A stretch of 45,391 bases of DNA from contig CAZAAB010000001.1 in NCBI GenBank assembly GCA_964483015.1, positions 1 through 45,391 of the forward strand, read 5' to 3'. Both the position numbers and the translations under genes were made by a program. Positions 1-9,173 of this stretch are shown one piece after another; position 1 is the stretch's first letter, and every line of letters begins with the position of its first letter. Origin of the DNA: Candidatus Woesearchaeota archaeon (lineage in GTDB: Archaea; Nanobdellota; Nanobdellia; Pacearchaeales; GW2011-AR1). The notes under the pieces are model-generated. The model saw only the letters and a list, made by a program, of their open reading frames with translations. It did no database searches and was not told the origin of the DNA.

Positions 1-139
1 TTTATTGATTTCATTTGTTTGACGACGGGTGAAATCGGGGCTCTTCGGAGCCCCCTTATTTACTTACTTATTAGGTATACTTATTAAGTAATACAACTAT
101 ATAAACTTTTGGGTTATTAGGTTAACCTAAATAGTAAAC

Positions 140-147
140 TTTATATA
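140..147 (+). promoter_or_regulatory. TATA-box-like TTTATATA, 21 nt before the ATG at 169
   Basis: Same box and spacing as seen before many genes in this window; the spacing fits a leaderless mRNA. Confidence 0.4.
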
Positions 148-168
148 TTTCAATTCTTTAGATTGATT

Positions 169-312
169 ATGGCAATACAGAAAGTGTTTGGAGATAATGA
201 AGTCTATAAGTGTGAGAAATGTGGGCATGTTTGGATGAAAAGGAGAGATGAAAAACCCCTTATTTGTCCTAAATGCAAAACTGCCAGATGGAACAAGCCC
301 AAGAAGAAATAA
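169..312 (+). CDS. zinc-ribbon mini-protein (47 aa), not in the ORF track
   Basis: Hand translation MAIQKVFGDNEVYKCEKCGHVWMKRRDEKPLICPKCKTARWNKPKKK; CxxC...CxxC; TATA-like box 21 nt upstream. Confidence 0.5.
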   Translation: MAIQKVFGDNEVYKCEKCGHVWMKRRDEKPLICPKCKTARWNKPKKK

Positions 313-355
313 TTTTTTTAGTCATCTCAAGTCCCGCTTAGGTAACAATGTTCTT

Positions 356-3055
356 TTAATAATACTGCTCCTTGGCTCTCCGAAGTTCTTCAGGATAATC
401 CCTACTTAAATACTCTGCCTTAAATTCTATATTTTCAGGATAGTTTATCTTCCATATTTTAATAGGCCCCTGAATCCCGCCATACCTGACAATGTCACCT
501 ATGTCAACCCCCTGATTTTGAATATTTTGAACTATGGCGTTTGGTTCTTTATGAGCAAGTTCAAAATTTTCACCTTCATCAAATAAATAAAGTTTTACCC
601 ATAAAGCTTTCATAGATTTTTCAGTTATGAACAATGCTGAACCCTTTTTTTGAACGTTTGTCTGACCGACTTGAGGGATTATATATAAACAGCCGCCGTA
701 GCCTTTTTCAAACTCATATTTTTCTTCTTCATAATAAATACATTTTAATGGAATATTAACCTGTTTTCCCTGATAAACAAAGGCGGTTGTAGGCTGTTTA
801 AAACTGCCGTCTTTTCCAGTCCTGACAAAAACACCTCCTATTCCTGCCTTAAAGCGTGGGAAGAATATCTGTTTGTCTTCAGTTTTCCACATAAAGTCTT
901 CGTCAAGAAAAGTGCCCCCGCTATAAAAATAAACTGTTTCATTTTTTGTTTCTTGGATATTTTGCTCATCTAAATAAAAAGTTGGCATCTGACTATACCT
1001 GTCATAATTAACATCTCCCCCAATGCTTGAAAAAGCAGAATACTTCCCAATATCTGTAGAATCAATCAATAAATGTGTTGAATTATGGGCATAAAGGAAT
1101 TCTAATGCCTCCTCTTCTGAGTGTCCTATCAGAACATGCCTTCCCATGAGGTGATTCCAGTAAGATATGGAGTTTCCACCATCTAATACTGTAGCTCTAT
1201 TTCCTATTGACTGAACCCAGTAACCATAGTCCCACCAGTGCGCAAATACAGCGCTTCTTTCTGTATTTTCTCTTACCCATGCCATTGCTCTTTGCCACTG
1301 ATGAGTATATGAAGAAGGAATCATAGACTCAGCACTTTTTTTAGAAACTTGATAGTTATAATAAAAACTATATGCAGAACATAAAACAATAATAATGGCA
1401 AGAACCGAGAATACGATTTTTAGGGTTTCTCCTTTTTCTTTGGCTGCTCTCCCAACTATGTTTACTGCAAGAAAGCCAGCCATTATAGCTGCAGAAGGAG
1501 CCAAACCCATAATTAACCTTATAGCAGACCTTGCCCCTATAATACTGATAAAGAAGTATAGTATTAAAAATAGATAAGCGAAGTTAATTTTTTCAAACTC
1601 GTTTAGCGAATTTTCTTTATAGTGCTTATAATAAGATAATATTCCTACTATAAAGACCAATGCTATAGATCCAAAGTAAATAAACCTGCTGATAAAATTC
1701 TCACCATTCAAAACACTATTTTGAGAATATCTGCTAAAAATTAATCCGAAGAGAAAAACAATATAAGTAAGTGTAAAAATCCACCTGTCTTTATTTTTAA
1801 ACTTCTTTAAAGTTTCATAAACTAAAAATATTGAACCAGTAAAAAAAAGCCAGAATAACAGGGGGAGATTTTTTATATTGGGGCCAAAGCTTCCTTTCCA
1901 GGTATCAAAATATGGCTGCCTGTTTTCTGCAACAGTAAAAGCAAGTCTGTCAGAATAAGGTTGCTTTAAATGGAAGAAAATGTCTCTAATAAAGGTTGGA
2001 AGAAAAGAAATACCCAAAAATACAGAAGATAGAACAATAGCAAGAACCACAAAAACAATCAAAGAGAAAATCCGGTCTGGCATCTTTTTCTTTATTTTGT
2101 CTACAAATCCAATTTTTTTAACAGGCGTTTCAAAAATAATAAAATCCACCAAATAAAGGAAAAAAACTGCAAAACATAATCCACTGGTAGAAGAAGCCAT
2201 CAAACCCCTAAAAGAGTATCTTTGCGAAAACAATAAAGGAAGGAACATTGAAATTAAAAACCAGGAAAAATAAACTATCCTTGTTTTTTTATTAATTTTT
2301 CCAAGAATGAAAACTACAGAAAAAAATAAAGAAACAGTAGTTAAAATATAAATCCACCCACCCCACACAAGCCCCATCATTGCTGTGGAAATACCAGCAA
2401 GACAAGAAAAGATTATCGCTTTTTTCAGCTTGTTTTCTCTCCATGAACAAATAAGAAAATAAAAGGCAAGGAAGAGAAAAAAGAAGCCGGCAGACTCCTT
2501 TTCTGGGATACCTGCCACTGTTCTTGAAACTAAGGAAGGGGACATGATTAAGAAGGCCGTGGAAATCAAAGCTACGATTTTTCCGTGCTTGTTTTTTTCA
2601 AAAATCTTATTAACAAATAGAAAAAAGGCAAGTGCAGTGAGGACAAACATAAAAGCAGGATAGATAGTAGCAGAGTAATTAACAGATACAGATGAAAATA
2701 AGTTTAATGCTTTATGAAAATAAGCAATCATATACGGATGCATTATCAACTCTCTTGAAGTGTCATAACCTAAAGGAACAAATCTCATCGAGTCATGAGC
2801 CATCAAGCGGCCATTATTTATTATATGTTTTGAATATCTTAAAAAAAGAAAGGGGTCAAGATCTGGACCTAAAGTATAATCTCCTGTTGTTACATCTTTT
2901 AAATTTTCAACATTTACTGTTCTTATGTACCACGCAAATCCGAGCAGGAAGAGCAAAACTATAATAACAATAAGGGATTTATTCTGCGATAAAAAATTTA
3001 AAACTTTCTTCTTTCTCTCTTTTACCAGTCTTTCTTCTCTTATTTCATCTTCCAT
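356..3055 (-). CDS. aglB: archaeal oligosaccharyltransferase AglB (STT3 family)
   Basis: 899 aa; many N-terminal TM helices followed by a soluble C-terminal domain; diagnostic WWDYGYW motif (HWWDYGYWVQSIG). Confidence 0.9.
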   Translation of the reverse strand: MEDEIREERLVKERKKKVLNFLSQNKSLIVIIVLLFLLGFAWYIRTVNVENLKDVTTGDYTLGPDLDPFLFLRYSKHIINNGRLMAHDSMRFVPLGYDTSRELIMHPYMIAYFHKALNLFSSVSVNYSATIYPAFMFVLTALAFFLFVNKIFEKNKHGKIVALISTAFLIMSPSLVSRTVAGIPEKESAGFFFLFLAFYFLICSWRENKLKKAIIFSCLAGISTAMMGLVWGGWIYILTTVSLFFSVVFILGKINKKTRIVYFSWFLISMFLPLLFSQRYSFRGLMASSTSGLCFAVFFLYLVDFIIFETPVKKIGFVDKIKKKMPDRIFSLIVFVVLAIVLSSVFLGISFLPTFIRDIFFHLKQPYSDRLAFTVAENRQPYFDTWKGSFGPNIKNLPLLFWLFFTGSIFLVYETLKKFKNKDRWIFTLTYIVFLFGLIFSRYSQNSVLNGENFISRFIYFGSIALVFIVGILSYYKHYKENSLNEFEKINFAYLFLILYFFISIIGARSAIRLIMGLAPSAAIMAGFLAVNIVGRAAKEKGETLKIVFSVLAIIIVLCSAYSFYYNYQVSKKSAESMIPSSYTHQWQRAMAWVRENTERSAVFAHWWDYGYWVQSIGNRATVLDGGNSISYWNHLMGRHVLIGHSEEEALEFLYAHNSTHLLIDSTDIGKYSAFSSIGGDVNYDRYSQMPTFYLDEQNIQETKNETVYFYSGGTFLDEDFMWKTEDKQIFFPRFKAGIGGVFVRTGKDGSFKQPTTAFVYQGKQVNIPLKCIYYEEEKYEFEKGYGGCLYIIPQVGQTNVQKKGSALFITEKSMKALWVKLYLFDEGENFELAHKEPNAIVQNIQNQGVDIGDIVRYGGIQGPIKIWKINYPENIEFKAEYLSRDYPEELRRAKEQYY

Positions 3056-3097
3056 ATTCTTTCTCTCTTCAAGTTTGGTTTAAAAGATTTCAAAACC

Positions 3098-3235
3098 CTA
3101 CTTAACATTTACTTTATCAACTATTTCTGAGGCAGACTTTTCTTTTTCAACATTCTCACTGTTGCAATAAGGACATCTTTTTTTCTTGTCACTCTTAAAA
3201 GCGAAATTACATTCTTGGCACCTAAAGGAAACCAT
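3098..3235 (-). CDS. zinc-ribbon mini-protein (45 aa) directly upstream of aglB, not in the ORF track
   Basis: Hand translation MVSFRCQECNFAFKSDKKKRCPYCNSENVEKEKSASEIVDKVNVK; two CxxC pairs; TATA-like box 22 nt upstream; ends 42 nt before the aglB start. Confidence 0.5.
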   Translation of the reverse strand: MVSFRCQECNFAFKSDKKKRCPYCNSENVEKEKSASEIVDKVNVK

Positions 3236-3257
3236 TTTTTCTAAAAAGATTAAGGGT

Positions 3258-3265
3258 TATTTAAA
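3258..3265 (-). promoter_or_regulatory. TATA-box-like TTTAAATA (minus strand), 22 nt before the ATG at 3235
   Basis: Box and spacing match the window-wide pattern. Confidence 0.4.
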
Positions 3266-3282
3266 ATTAACCATACAAAATT

Positions 3283-4137
3283 TTAAAAGAATAACGGAGT
3301 TATATAAACTTCGATTAATGCAGAAATAAGCAAAATTGCTATGGCAATAATAGTTAAGTTAAGAAAGTCCTGCAAAATTTTCCAGAATTTTTCATTGCTT
3401 ATGTCGTGTTTTATTATTGCTGTTGAAACAATCCCCCCTGCTAAGGCAACAATAAAATAAGCTGCTATTTCTGGCAAACCGTGAACCATGTATCTCCAAA
3501 CCCCAATATGCAACCTACTAATATTATATTTTGTAAAAATGCCTATAGCTGCCGCTATAACTGAGGCATTCCAAGCTAAGACAAAAATAGCGCCCGCACC
3601 GAAAATAAGGGAAAAAACAATTGTAAAAATTAAAACATACATATTGTTAAAGAAAATGTTGAAAACTCTTCCAGTGCTTGTTGACATTCCAGCTAAACTT
3701 CTGCTTTCAATGCCATACTCTTTAACACAGCCATCTACATTAGTTGGCTTGTTTATAAGACAGTACGTTTCAACCTGTGCCTTTAAGCTATTACTGTCTC
3801 CTAAAACTATATGCATAAAGGAAAAAGCTACAATAAATCCTAAGAAAAGCCATAGCAAGGCAAGCAATGCTCTACTATGCTCTCTAAGTATTCTTAAAAT
3901 ACCCTCATATTCCATATCTTTCTCTTCTTCATCTTTAATTAAATAATACATAAATGGCAGAGTGAACATTACAGTAAATGTCACAACTAAAATTCCAGAA
4001 TATTGAGATAGGACAACATCTTCTGAAAAAATCCAGCTAACCAGCAACATAGATAAGGCAGCATAGAATAATCCCACAAAGAACATTTCCCAAGGCCTTC
4101 TTTCAGCTTTTTTTGGACTTAACAACAACTCTAACAT
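3283..4137 (-). CDS. integral membrane protein, SpoIIM-like (DUF95) family
   Basis: 284 aa, about 6 TM segments; the HGLPEIAAYFIVALAGG motif resembles the HG-x-x-E-I signature of the SpoIIM family. Confidence 0.5.
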   Translation of the reverse strand: MLELLLSPKKAERRPWEMFFVGLFYAALSMLLVSWIFSEDVVLSQYSGILVVTFTVMFTLPFMYYLIKDEEEKDMEYEGILRILREHSRALLALLWLFLGFIVAFSFMHIVLGDSNSLKAQVETYCLINKPTNVDGCVKEYGIESRSLAGMSTSTGRVFNIFFNNMYVLIFTIVFSLIFGAGAIFVLAWNASVIAAAIGIFTKYNISRLHIGVWRYMVHGLPEIAAYFIVALAGGIVSTAIIKHDISNEKFWKILQDFLNLTIIAIAILLISALIEVYITPLFF

Positions 4138-4205
4138 TTTTCTCTTTCTTGTTTTAAATCTTGCTGCAGTTTTAAATCTTTCTTTTAGAAATTATTCACA
4201 ACATT

Positions 4206-4213
4206 TTTATAAT
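4206..4213 (+). promoter_or_regulatory. TATA-box-like TTTATAAT, 19 nt before the ATG at 4233
   Basis: Box and spacing pattern. Confidence 0.4.
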
Positions 4214-4232
4214 CTCTTTTTTTTAACTTAAC

Positions 4233-5066
4233 ATGTTAAAAAAATTGGTTGAAAAAGTAAAGAAAAATAGGAAGCAGAAGAAAGTAGATAAAATAGTTAA
4301 AAAAATTAAGCAGATAAAAATTCAGGGCGCAACCAACATAGCAAAAGCAGCACTAAAAGCATACTTTATACTTCCAACAAAAAAAACAAAAAAGAAACTA
4401 ATTAAGGCAAGGCCTACTGAACCCTTGCTGATAAATGTTTTAGAAAAAGTAGATAAAACAGGAAAAGAAGAAATTTTAAAACATCTTGAAAAAAGCCAGG
4501 AAAAAATAAATAAAAATATTTTAAGTTTGATAAAAAAGAATTCAGTAATTTTTACCCACTGTCATTCAACAAATGTTGTCAAGGCCTTAATTTATGCAAA
4601 GAAAAAAGGCAAACAGTTTGAAGTTTACAATACTGAGACAAGACCCCTGTATCAGGGAAGGACAACAGCAAAAGAACTGAAAAAAGCAGGAATCAAGGTA
4701 ACTACTTTTGTAGATTCTGCTGCAAGAATAGCATTAGAAGCATTACAAGGCACGAAAAAAGCTGATTTTGTTTTTTTTGGATGTGACGCAATTTTAAAAG
4801 ATGGAGCAATCAATAAAATAGGCAGCGGAATGTTTTCTTCAATAGCAAGGCAGGAAGATATTCCAGTTTACATTATTGCAGATTCTTGGAAATATACTAA
4901 TAAGGTTAAGTTAGAAGAGAGAGATTTTAATGAGGTTTGGAAAAATGCCCCAGTAAAAATAAAAAATCCTGCTTTTGAAAAAATAGAAAAGAAAAACATT
5001 AAAGGAATTGTTTCAGAGTTAGGTATTCTAACCTTGCCAAAGTTTATTAAAAAAGCTGAAAAATAA
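4233..5066 (+). CDS. e2b2: eIF-2B alpha/beta/delta family protein, probable ribose-1,5-bisphosphate isomerase
   Basis: 277 aa; IQGATNIAKAAL near the N-terminus, then THCHSTNV, ETRPLYQGR, and GCDAILKDGAINKIGS, typical of the IF-2B family. Confidence 0.75.
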   Translation: MLKKLVEKVKKNRKQKKVDKIVKKIKQIKIQGATNIAKAALKAYFILPTKKTKKKLIKARPTEPLLINVLEKVDKTGKEEILKHLEKSQEKINKNILSLIKKNSVIFTHCHSTNVVKALIYAKKKGKQFEVYNTETRPLYQGRTTAKELKKAGIKVTTFVDSAARIALEALQGTKKADFVFFGCDAILKDGAINKIGSGMFSSIARQEDIPVYIIADSWKYTNKVKLEERDFNEVWKNAPVKIKNPAFEKIEKKNIKGIVSELGILTLPKFIKKAEK

Positions 5067-5771
5067 TTAAGATAAGTTTGATGAATCTGATTTGGGGGTA
5101 TAACCTATCTCTTTTTTTAAATCACTTAAATCAACAAATTTTTCAGAATTATTAGACACGCAAGGAACGTTTGCAAAACCTTCATAATTTATAGCTCTTT
5201 TTATTATCTCTTTAAAATCTTCATAACTTAACCATGTCGCATTACCCCACGGATTTGGAAGAGGTTTATTGTCTTTAGAAACCGATCCAATTCTTAGGTT
5301 TAATCCTGAAATTCCAAATCTATCATGATAAGCTTTGATTAAGTTTTCTGAAATAATTTTAGAAAGTTTATAATAGAAAAATTTTGGGGCTTTTCTTTCT
5401 CTAGGATCAATAAAGCTTCTTGGAGTTTTAGTTGTTATCCTGCCGCCTTCAAAAAAAATCCCAGCAAAATTATAAACATACAATGAACTAGAAAAAACAA
5501 CTCTTTTAGCATCATTTTTTCTAACAGCTTCTAAAACATTATAAGTCATATCAATGTTTTCTCTCGCCTCTTCAGAAGAAATCCAGGGCTTTGAATTTGC
5601 AGCCAAATGAATAGCAGTATCCACACCAGAAAAATCAGCTTCAATTTTATTTAATAAATCTGTATTTAGTTTTTTATCTAATAAAATAAGCGTATGTTGT
5701 CCTTGCAAGGTTTTTTTTACTAAACCACCTAATAAACCTTCTGAACCAGTAATAAGAATTTTCTTTCTCAT
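5067..5771 (-). CDS. short NAD(P)-dependent epimerase/dehydratase (SDR) family protein
   Basis: N-terminal Rossmann motif ILITGSEGLLGG; YxxxK catalytic motif (YKLSK). Confidence 0.65.
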   Translation of the reverse strand: MRKKILITGSEGLLGGLVKKTLQGQHTLILLDKKLNTDLLNKIEADFSGVDTAIHLAANSKPWISSEEARENIDMTYNVLEAVRKNDAKRVVFSSSLYVYNFAGIFFEGGRITTKTPRSFIDPRERKAPKFFYYKLSKIISENLIKAYHDRFGISGLNLRIGSVSKDNKPLPNPWGNATWLSYEDFKEIIKRAINYEGFANVPCVSNNSEKFVDLSDLKKEIGYTPKSDSSNLS

Positions 5772-5780
5772 ATAATAGGA

Positions 5781-6176
5781 TTATCTTTGATTCCTTGCTT
5801 TTTCTATCACCTGCCTTAACTGTTGGTTCAACTTTTCTATTTCTTCAAGCAGGTTATTTTTAATTTTCTTTAACTGTTCAACCTGCTTGTCAACTATTTT
5901 TTTTGCTTGTTCTGGCTTTTTTCTTAAAACTATATTGCTTCCAACATTGACAAATAATTTTTTATTCTGGATTTTAGAGAGAAAATAAATACCCCTGCCA
6001 ACAGGAGCTAACATTTCATGATTTTCATCAACATCATCAATTTCTTCTAAACTTTTTTTCAAATCTTCAAACTGTTTAATCTGACTATTAACTTGCTGTA
6101 CCTGTTCTTCTAACTGATTGCCTCTTTCTTGCAGCATATTTAACTGCATTAAGTATTGTTGTTTTTCTTCTGCCAT
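5781..6176 (-). CDS. pfdA: prefoldin alpha subunit
   Basis: 131 aa; coiled coil, then beta-hairpin region (LAPVGRGIYFLSKIQNKKLFVNVGSNIVLRKKPEQA), then coiled coil. Confidence 0.75.
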   Translation of the reverse strand: MAEEKQQYLMQLNMLQERGNQLEEQVQQVNSQIKQFEDLKKSLEEIDDVDENHEMLAPVGRGIYFLSKIQNKKLFVNVGSNIVLRKKPEQAKKIVDKQVEQLKKIKNNLLEEIEKLNQQLRQVIEKARNQR

Positions 6177-6233
6177 TTTTTTCCTTTTTTCAACTCTTCA
6201 GGTTTTTGATTAAACTTTTTTTCAAAAAGTTTA

Positions 6234-6647
6234 TTAGGCTATTTTTAAAATTTTTCTCCATATTAAGCTAAAGACAAGTGAGAAACCGATGTAATACCAA
6301 AGCCAGCTGGAAAGTATAGGATGATAAACATCTTTTAGCCAGTAAATTAATATTAATAACGGCAACATAGTAATTAACATTGGCTTAAAGGAATGTTTGA
6401 AAGTTTCGCCCATATGTGAAAATAATTCTTTTTGAAGCTCCATAACTTTATCATGATTTCCATTTTTTTGATGCTCTTTCATTTCCTGCTGTAAACTTTT
6501 CTGCTTACCCTTAATTTCTTTCATCCTTTCCTGATTGCCAAAATATTTTTGTATAATAGAAATAAAAAAACTTGCAAGCAAAGCAATTACAGCTATACTA
6601 ATTCTTGGATATGTTTCAATTAACTCAATCATTTTAATTTTAAACAA
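6234..6647 (-). CDS. DUF106/EMC3-TMCO1-like membrane protein (archaeal YidC-like, MJ0480 type)
   Basis: 137 aa; TM, then Lys/Gln/Glu-rich coiled region (MKEIKGKQKSLQQEMKEHQK), then 2 TM; lies downstream of secY as in other archaea. Confidence 0.6.
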   Translation of the reverse strand: MFKIKMIELIETYPRISIAVIALLASFFISIIQKYFGNQERMKEIKGKQKSLQQEMKEHQKNGNHDKVMELQKELFSHMGETFKHSFKPMLITMLPLLILIYWLKDVYHPILSSWLWYYIGFSLVFSLIWRKILKIA

Positions 6648-6680
6648 AGCAGTATTTAAAAACCTTAATATTTTTTAAAT

Positions 6681-8072
6681 TTAACCCATCATTTTCTTTA
6701 AAGCAGGATGCATATCTACAGCATGCTGTTGTGCAATATTTTGATAAAATTTATACATAATCATAACCACCAATAAAATAGCAGTTCCAGAAGCTATTGC
6801 TCCTAATAAGTTTGCAGAAGCTGCAAGCAAACCTATTGATGCACCACCCATAACAGTTAATGGCATAACATATCTTGATAAAACAGATTCTAAAACTCTT
6901 TTATCTTTTCTAAAACCAGGTATTTGCAAGCCAGAAGACATTATTTTTTCAGCCTGGCTTTCTGCATCCATACCAGAAGTTTTCACCCAAAAAATAGAAA
7001 AGATTGTGGCAAAAACCATATAAAATAATATATGAGTTATAGCTTTTAAAATATAGATAGATCTTAAACTTCCAGTAATAACAGCACTTAATATGTTGAC
7101 TGAAGAAAGCCAAAATGCCAGCCCAGCGACTGGCTGACCTTGAGAAAATGTTCCAAGAAAGGTGGGATGCCCCAACCATCCTTCTAACAAGCCTGCAAAT
7201 AACTGCAGGTTAGCTGCAAGAGCAGCAGTCAAGATAACAGGAATAACTGACGCATAAAAAAATGCAAGAGGCCATCTAATTCCATAACCCCTTAATCTTG
7301 AAAAAGATAAAGGCACTTCTATTTTTAGTGACTGGGCCCAAACTACTGCAAGAAATACCAACCCGGTAACAATAATAACTGCCAAAGCACTTAAAGCTTC
7401 AGTAGGCGCCTGATTAATTAAAGATTGGATAACAACTAAAACTTTTCCAGAGCAGGCAGTTTGACCAAAGTTCAACAAGCAGTTTTGTCCTTGCGCATTA
7501 ATAAACTGGAATAAGCCAGTAAAAAGTCTCCAAGAAACACCAGCAGCAATAAATAATGAAATTCCAGAGCCAAAACCCCATTTTTGACTTAACTCATCCA
7601 TAAATAAAATAGCAAGACCTCCAAGTATAAGCTGGAAAATAACAATAAAAGTATATCCAGGCATAGCTTGTAAGCCCCTCATTAAAACATAAACAATTGC
7701 TTCAAAAATAATAAAAAAGAATACCATCATTTTTTGCAAACCCTGAAAATATTTTTTCCCGTCTTCTGTTGAAGTATCAATATCAATAATCTTGCTCCCA
7801 ACTAATAACTGCAAGATAATAGAGGCCATAACTATTGGTCCTATTCCTAAACTAATTATGCTTCCAAACTGTGTCCCAAGAATTGTAGCAAGATATTCAA
7901 ATCTTTGTAATGCAGCACTTGCAAGGCCGTATAAAGGAATGTTTGCCATCACAAAAAAAGCAATAAGTATGAAAAGAGTCCACTTTAGCTTAGTATTAAA
8001 GTCAAGTTTTTTTCTTAAAGGTCCTTTAACCTCTGGCAAGTTTTTTAATATATTTTTAAATTGCATTTTCAC
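6681..8072 (-). CDS. secY: preprotein translocase subunit SecY
   Basis: 463 aa, 10-TM architecture; position after uL15; typical N-terminal LPEVKGP and C-terminal motifs. Confidence 0.95.
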   Translation of the reverse strand: MKMQFKNILKNLPEVKGPLRKKLDFNTKLKWTLFILIAFFVMANIPLYGLASAALQRFEYLATILGTQFGSIISLGIGPIVMASIILQLLVGSKIIDIDTSTEDGKKYFQGLQKMMVFFFIIFEAIVYVLMRGLQAMPGYTFIVIFQLILGGLAILFMDELSQKWGFGSGISLFIAAGVSWRLFTGLFQFINAQGQNCLLNFGQTACSGKVLVVIQSLINQAPTEALSALAVIIVTGLVFLAVVWAQSLKIEVPLSFSRLRGYGIRWPLAFFYASVIPVILTAALAANLQLFAGLLEGWLGHPTFLGTFSQGQPVAGLAFWLSSVNILSAVITGSLRSIYILKAITHILFYMVFATIFSIFWVKTSGMDAESQAEKIMSSGLQIPGFRKDKRVLESVLSRYVMPLTVMGGASIGLLAASANLLGAIASGTAILLVVMIMYKFYQNIAQQHAVDMHPALKKMMG

Positions 8073-8503
8073 TTCTTTTCATTTTTTTCACCGTTATCTT
8101 CTTCAAAACTGCCGCCCGCTTTTTCTATTTTCTCTCTTGCTTTTTTTGAAAATGAGTAAGCTTTTATTTTCATCTTCTTCCTTACTTCTCCACCTCCTAA
8201 AACCTTATATCCTGGGAGTTCAATCTTTCCATTTTTTTCAAGACTGTCAAGATTCTTTTCTATATCTCCGATATTTATCTTATCTTCTCTCTTTTTCTTC
8301 TTATTCTTAAGTTTCGCATTTACGCCAAAATAAGGTTGTTCATATTTTAATATGTATGTTTTCTTTTGGTCAGCTCTTTTTCCACTACCTGCTTTTCCCT
8401 TGCCCCCTTTATGGCCTTTCCCTCTATGTTTTTTCCTGCTGCCATATCCAGAAGTCTTACTTCCCCTGCCTCTTGAAGATTTTTTTCTTTTTTTGACTTT
8501 CAT
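8069..8503 (-). CDS. rpl15: 50S ribosomal protein uL15
   Basis: Gly/Lys-rich N-terminus (GRGSKTSGYGSRKKHRGKGHKGGKGKAGSGKR); operon position. Confidence 0.9.
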   Translation of the reverse strand: MKVKKRKKSSRGRGSKTSGYGSRKKHRGKGHKGGKGKAGSGKRADQKKTYILKYEQPYFGVNAKLKNKKKKREDKINIGDIEKNLDSLEKNGKIELPGYKVLGGGEVRKKMKIKAYSFSKKAREKIEKAGGSFEEDNGEKNEKK

Positions 8504-8766
8504 TTCACTTTTCTTATTTGATTTAATCTATCCTCATAAACAAAAGTGTCAGTACCATAATTTTCCTTAACATACCCAATAGCTTGTCTAAGTTCATCTA
8601 AATCAAGTACATCTGTCCTTTGTCTATTTTTAACACCACGACCTTTTTCAGCCAAATCAGTTAAAGTTTCGAAATGCTCAAGACTATACTCAATCATTGC
8701 CTTAAGTCCTTTTTCTGTTAAAGTTATTGGTAAAGGGACATAGTCTTCGATATCTTCAAGTCTCAT
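8500..8766 (-). CDS. hypothetical 88-aa acidic protein inserted between uL30 and uL15
   Basis: ORF with an ATGA overlap onto the uL15 start (8500-8503) and a 1-nt gap after the uL30 stop; no motif I recognise. Confidence 0.6.
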   Translation of the reverse strand: MRLEDIEDYVPLPITLTEKGLKAMIEYSLEHFETLTDLAEKGRGVKNRQRTDVLDLDELRQAIGYVKENYGTDTFVYEDRLNQIRKVK

Positions 8767-8767
8767 T

Positions 8768-9172
8768 TTATAACATCCTTTTAATTAACTCATCTATTTT
8801 TTTATTTTCACCTAAAACACCCCTTGGAAAATGTTTTTTAGTATTAATTCCTCCTCTTGGAGGATGCAGGTTAAAAACATCTTTTATCCCAAGTTCAGAT
8901 AATTTTTTATCTTTATCTTTAAAATTTTTAATAACTTCTTCAGCTTTTTCTTTTTTCACCTTTCCCCTTTTTTCTAGCAATTCTTTAAATGTTTTATTAT
9001 CTATTTTTCCATAAGCAACATAGCTTCTTATTTTTCTTAGCATTCCCAGAATTTCTTTGTTTTCTTTTACAACAATGCAGGAGTATTTCTTTTTCAGCTT
9101 TAATCTTAAAAGAGTTTCTTTTATAGTTTGGGGAACATCTACTTTTCCGGTTATTCTGATTATAGCTATCAT
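8768..9172 (-). CDS. rpl30: 50S ribosomal protein uL30
   Basis: MIAIIRITGKVDVPQTIKETLLRLKLKKKYSCIVV is a typical uL30 N-terminus; operon position. Confidence 0.9.
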   Translation of the reverse strand: MIAIIRITGKVDVPQTIKETLLRLKLKKKYSCIVVKENKEILGMLRKIRSYVAYGKIDNKTFKELLEKRGKVKKEKAEEVIKNFKDKDKKLSELGIKDVFNLHPPRGGINTKKHFPRGVLGENKKIDELIKRML

Positions 9173-9173
9173 T

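Noticed and set aside
1395-2964. Plus-strand ORFs 1395-1577 and 2692-2964
   Set aside because: They lie entirely within, and antisense to, the well-supported aglB gene, and have no motifs.
3488-3946. 152-aa plus-strand ORF
   Set aside because: It lies antisense inside the SpoIIM-like membrane protein gene, and its composition mirrors TM codons.
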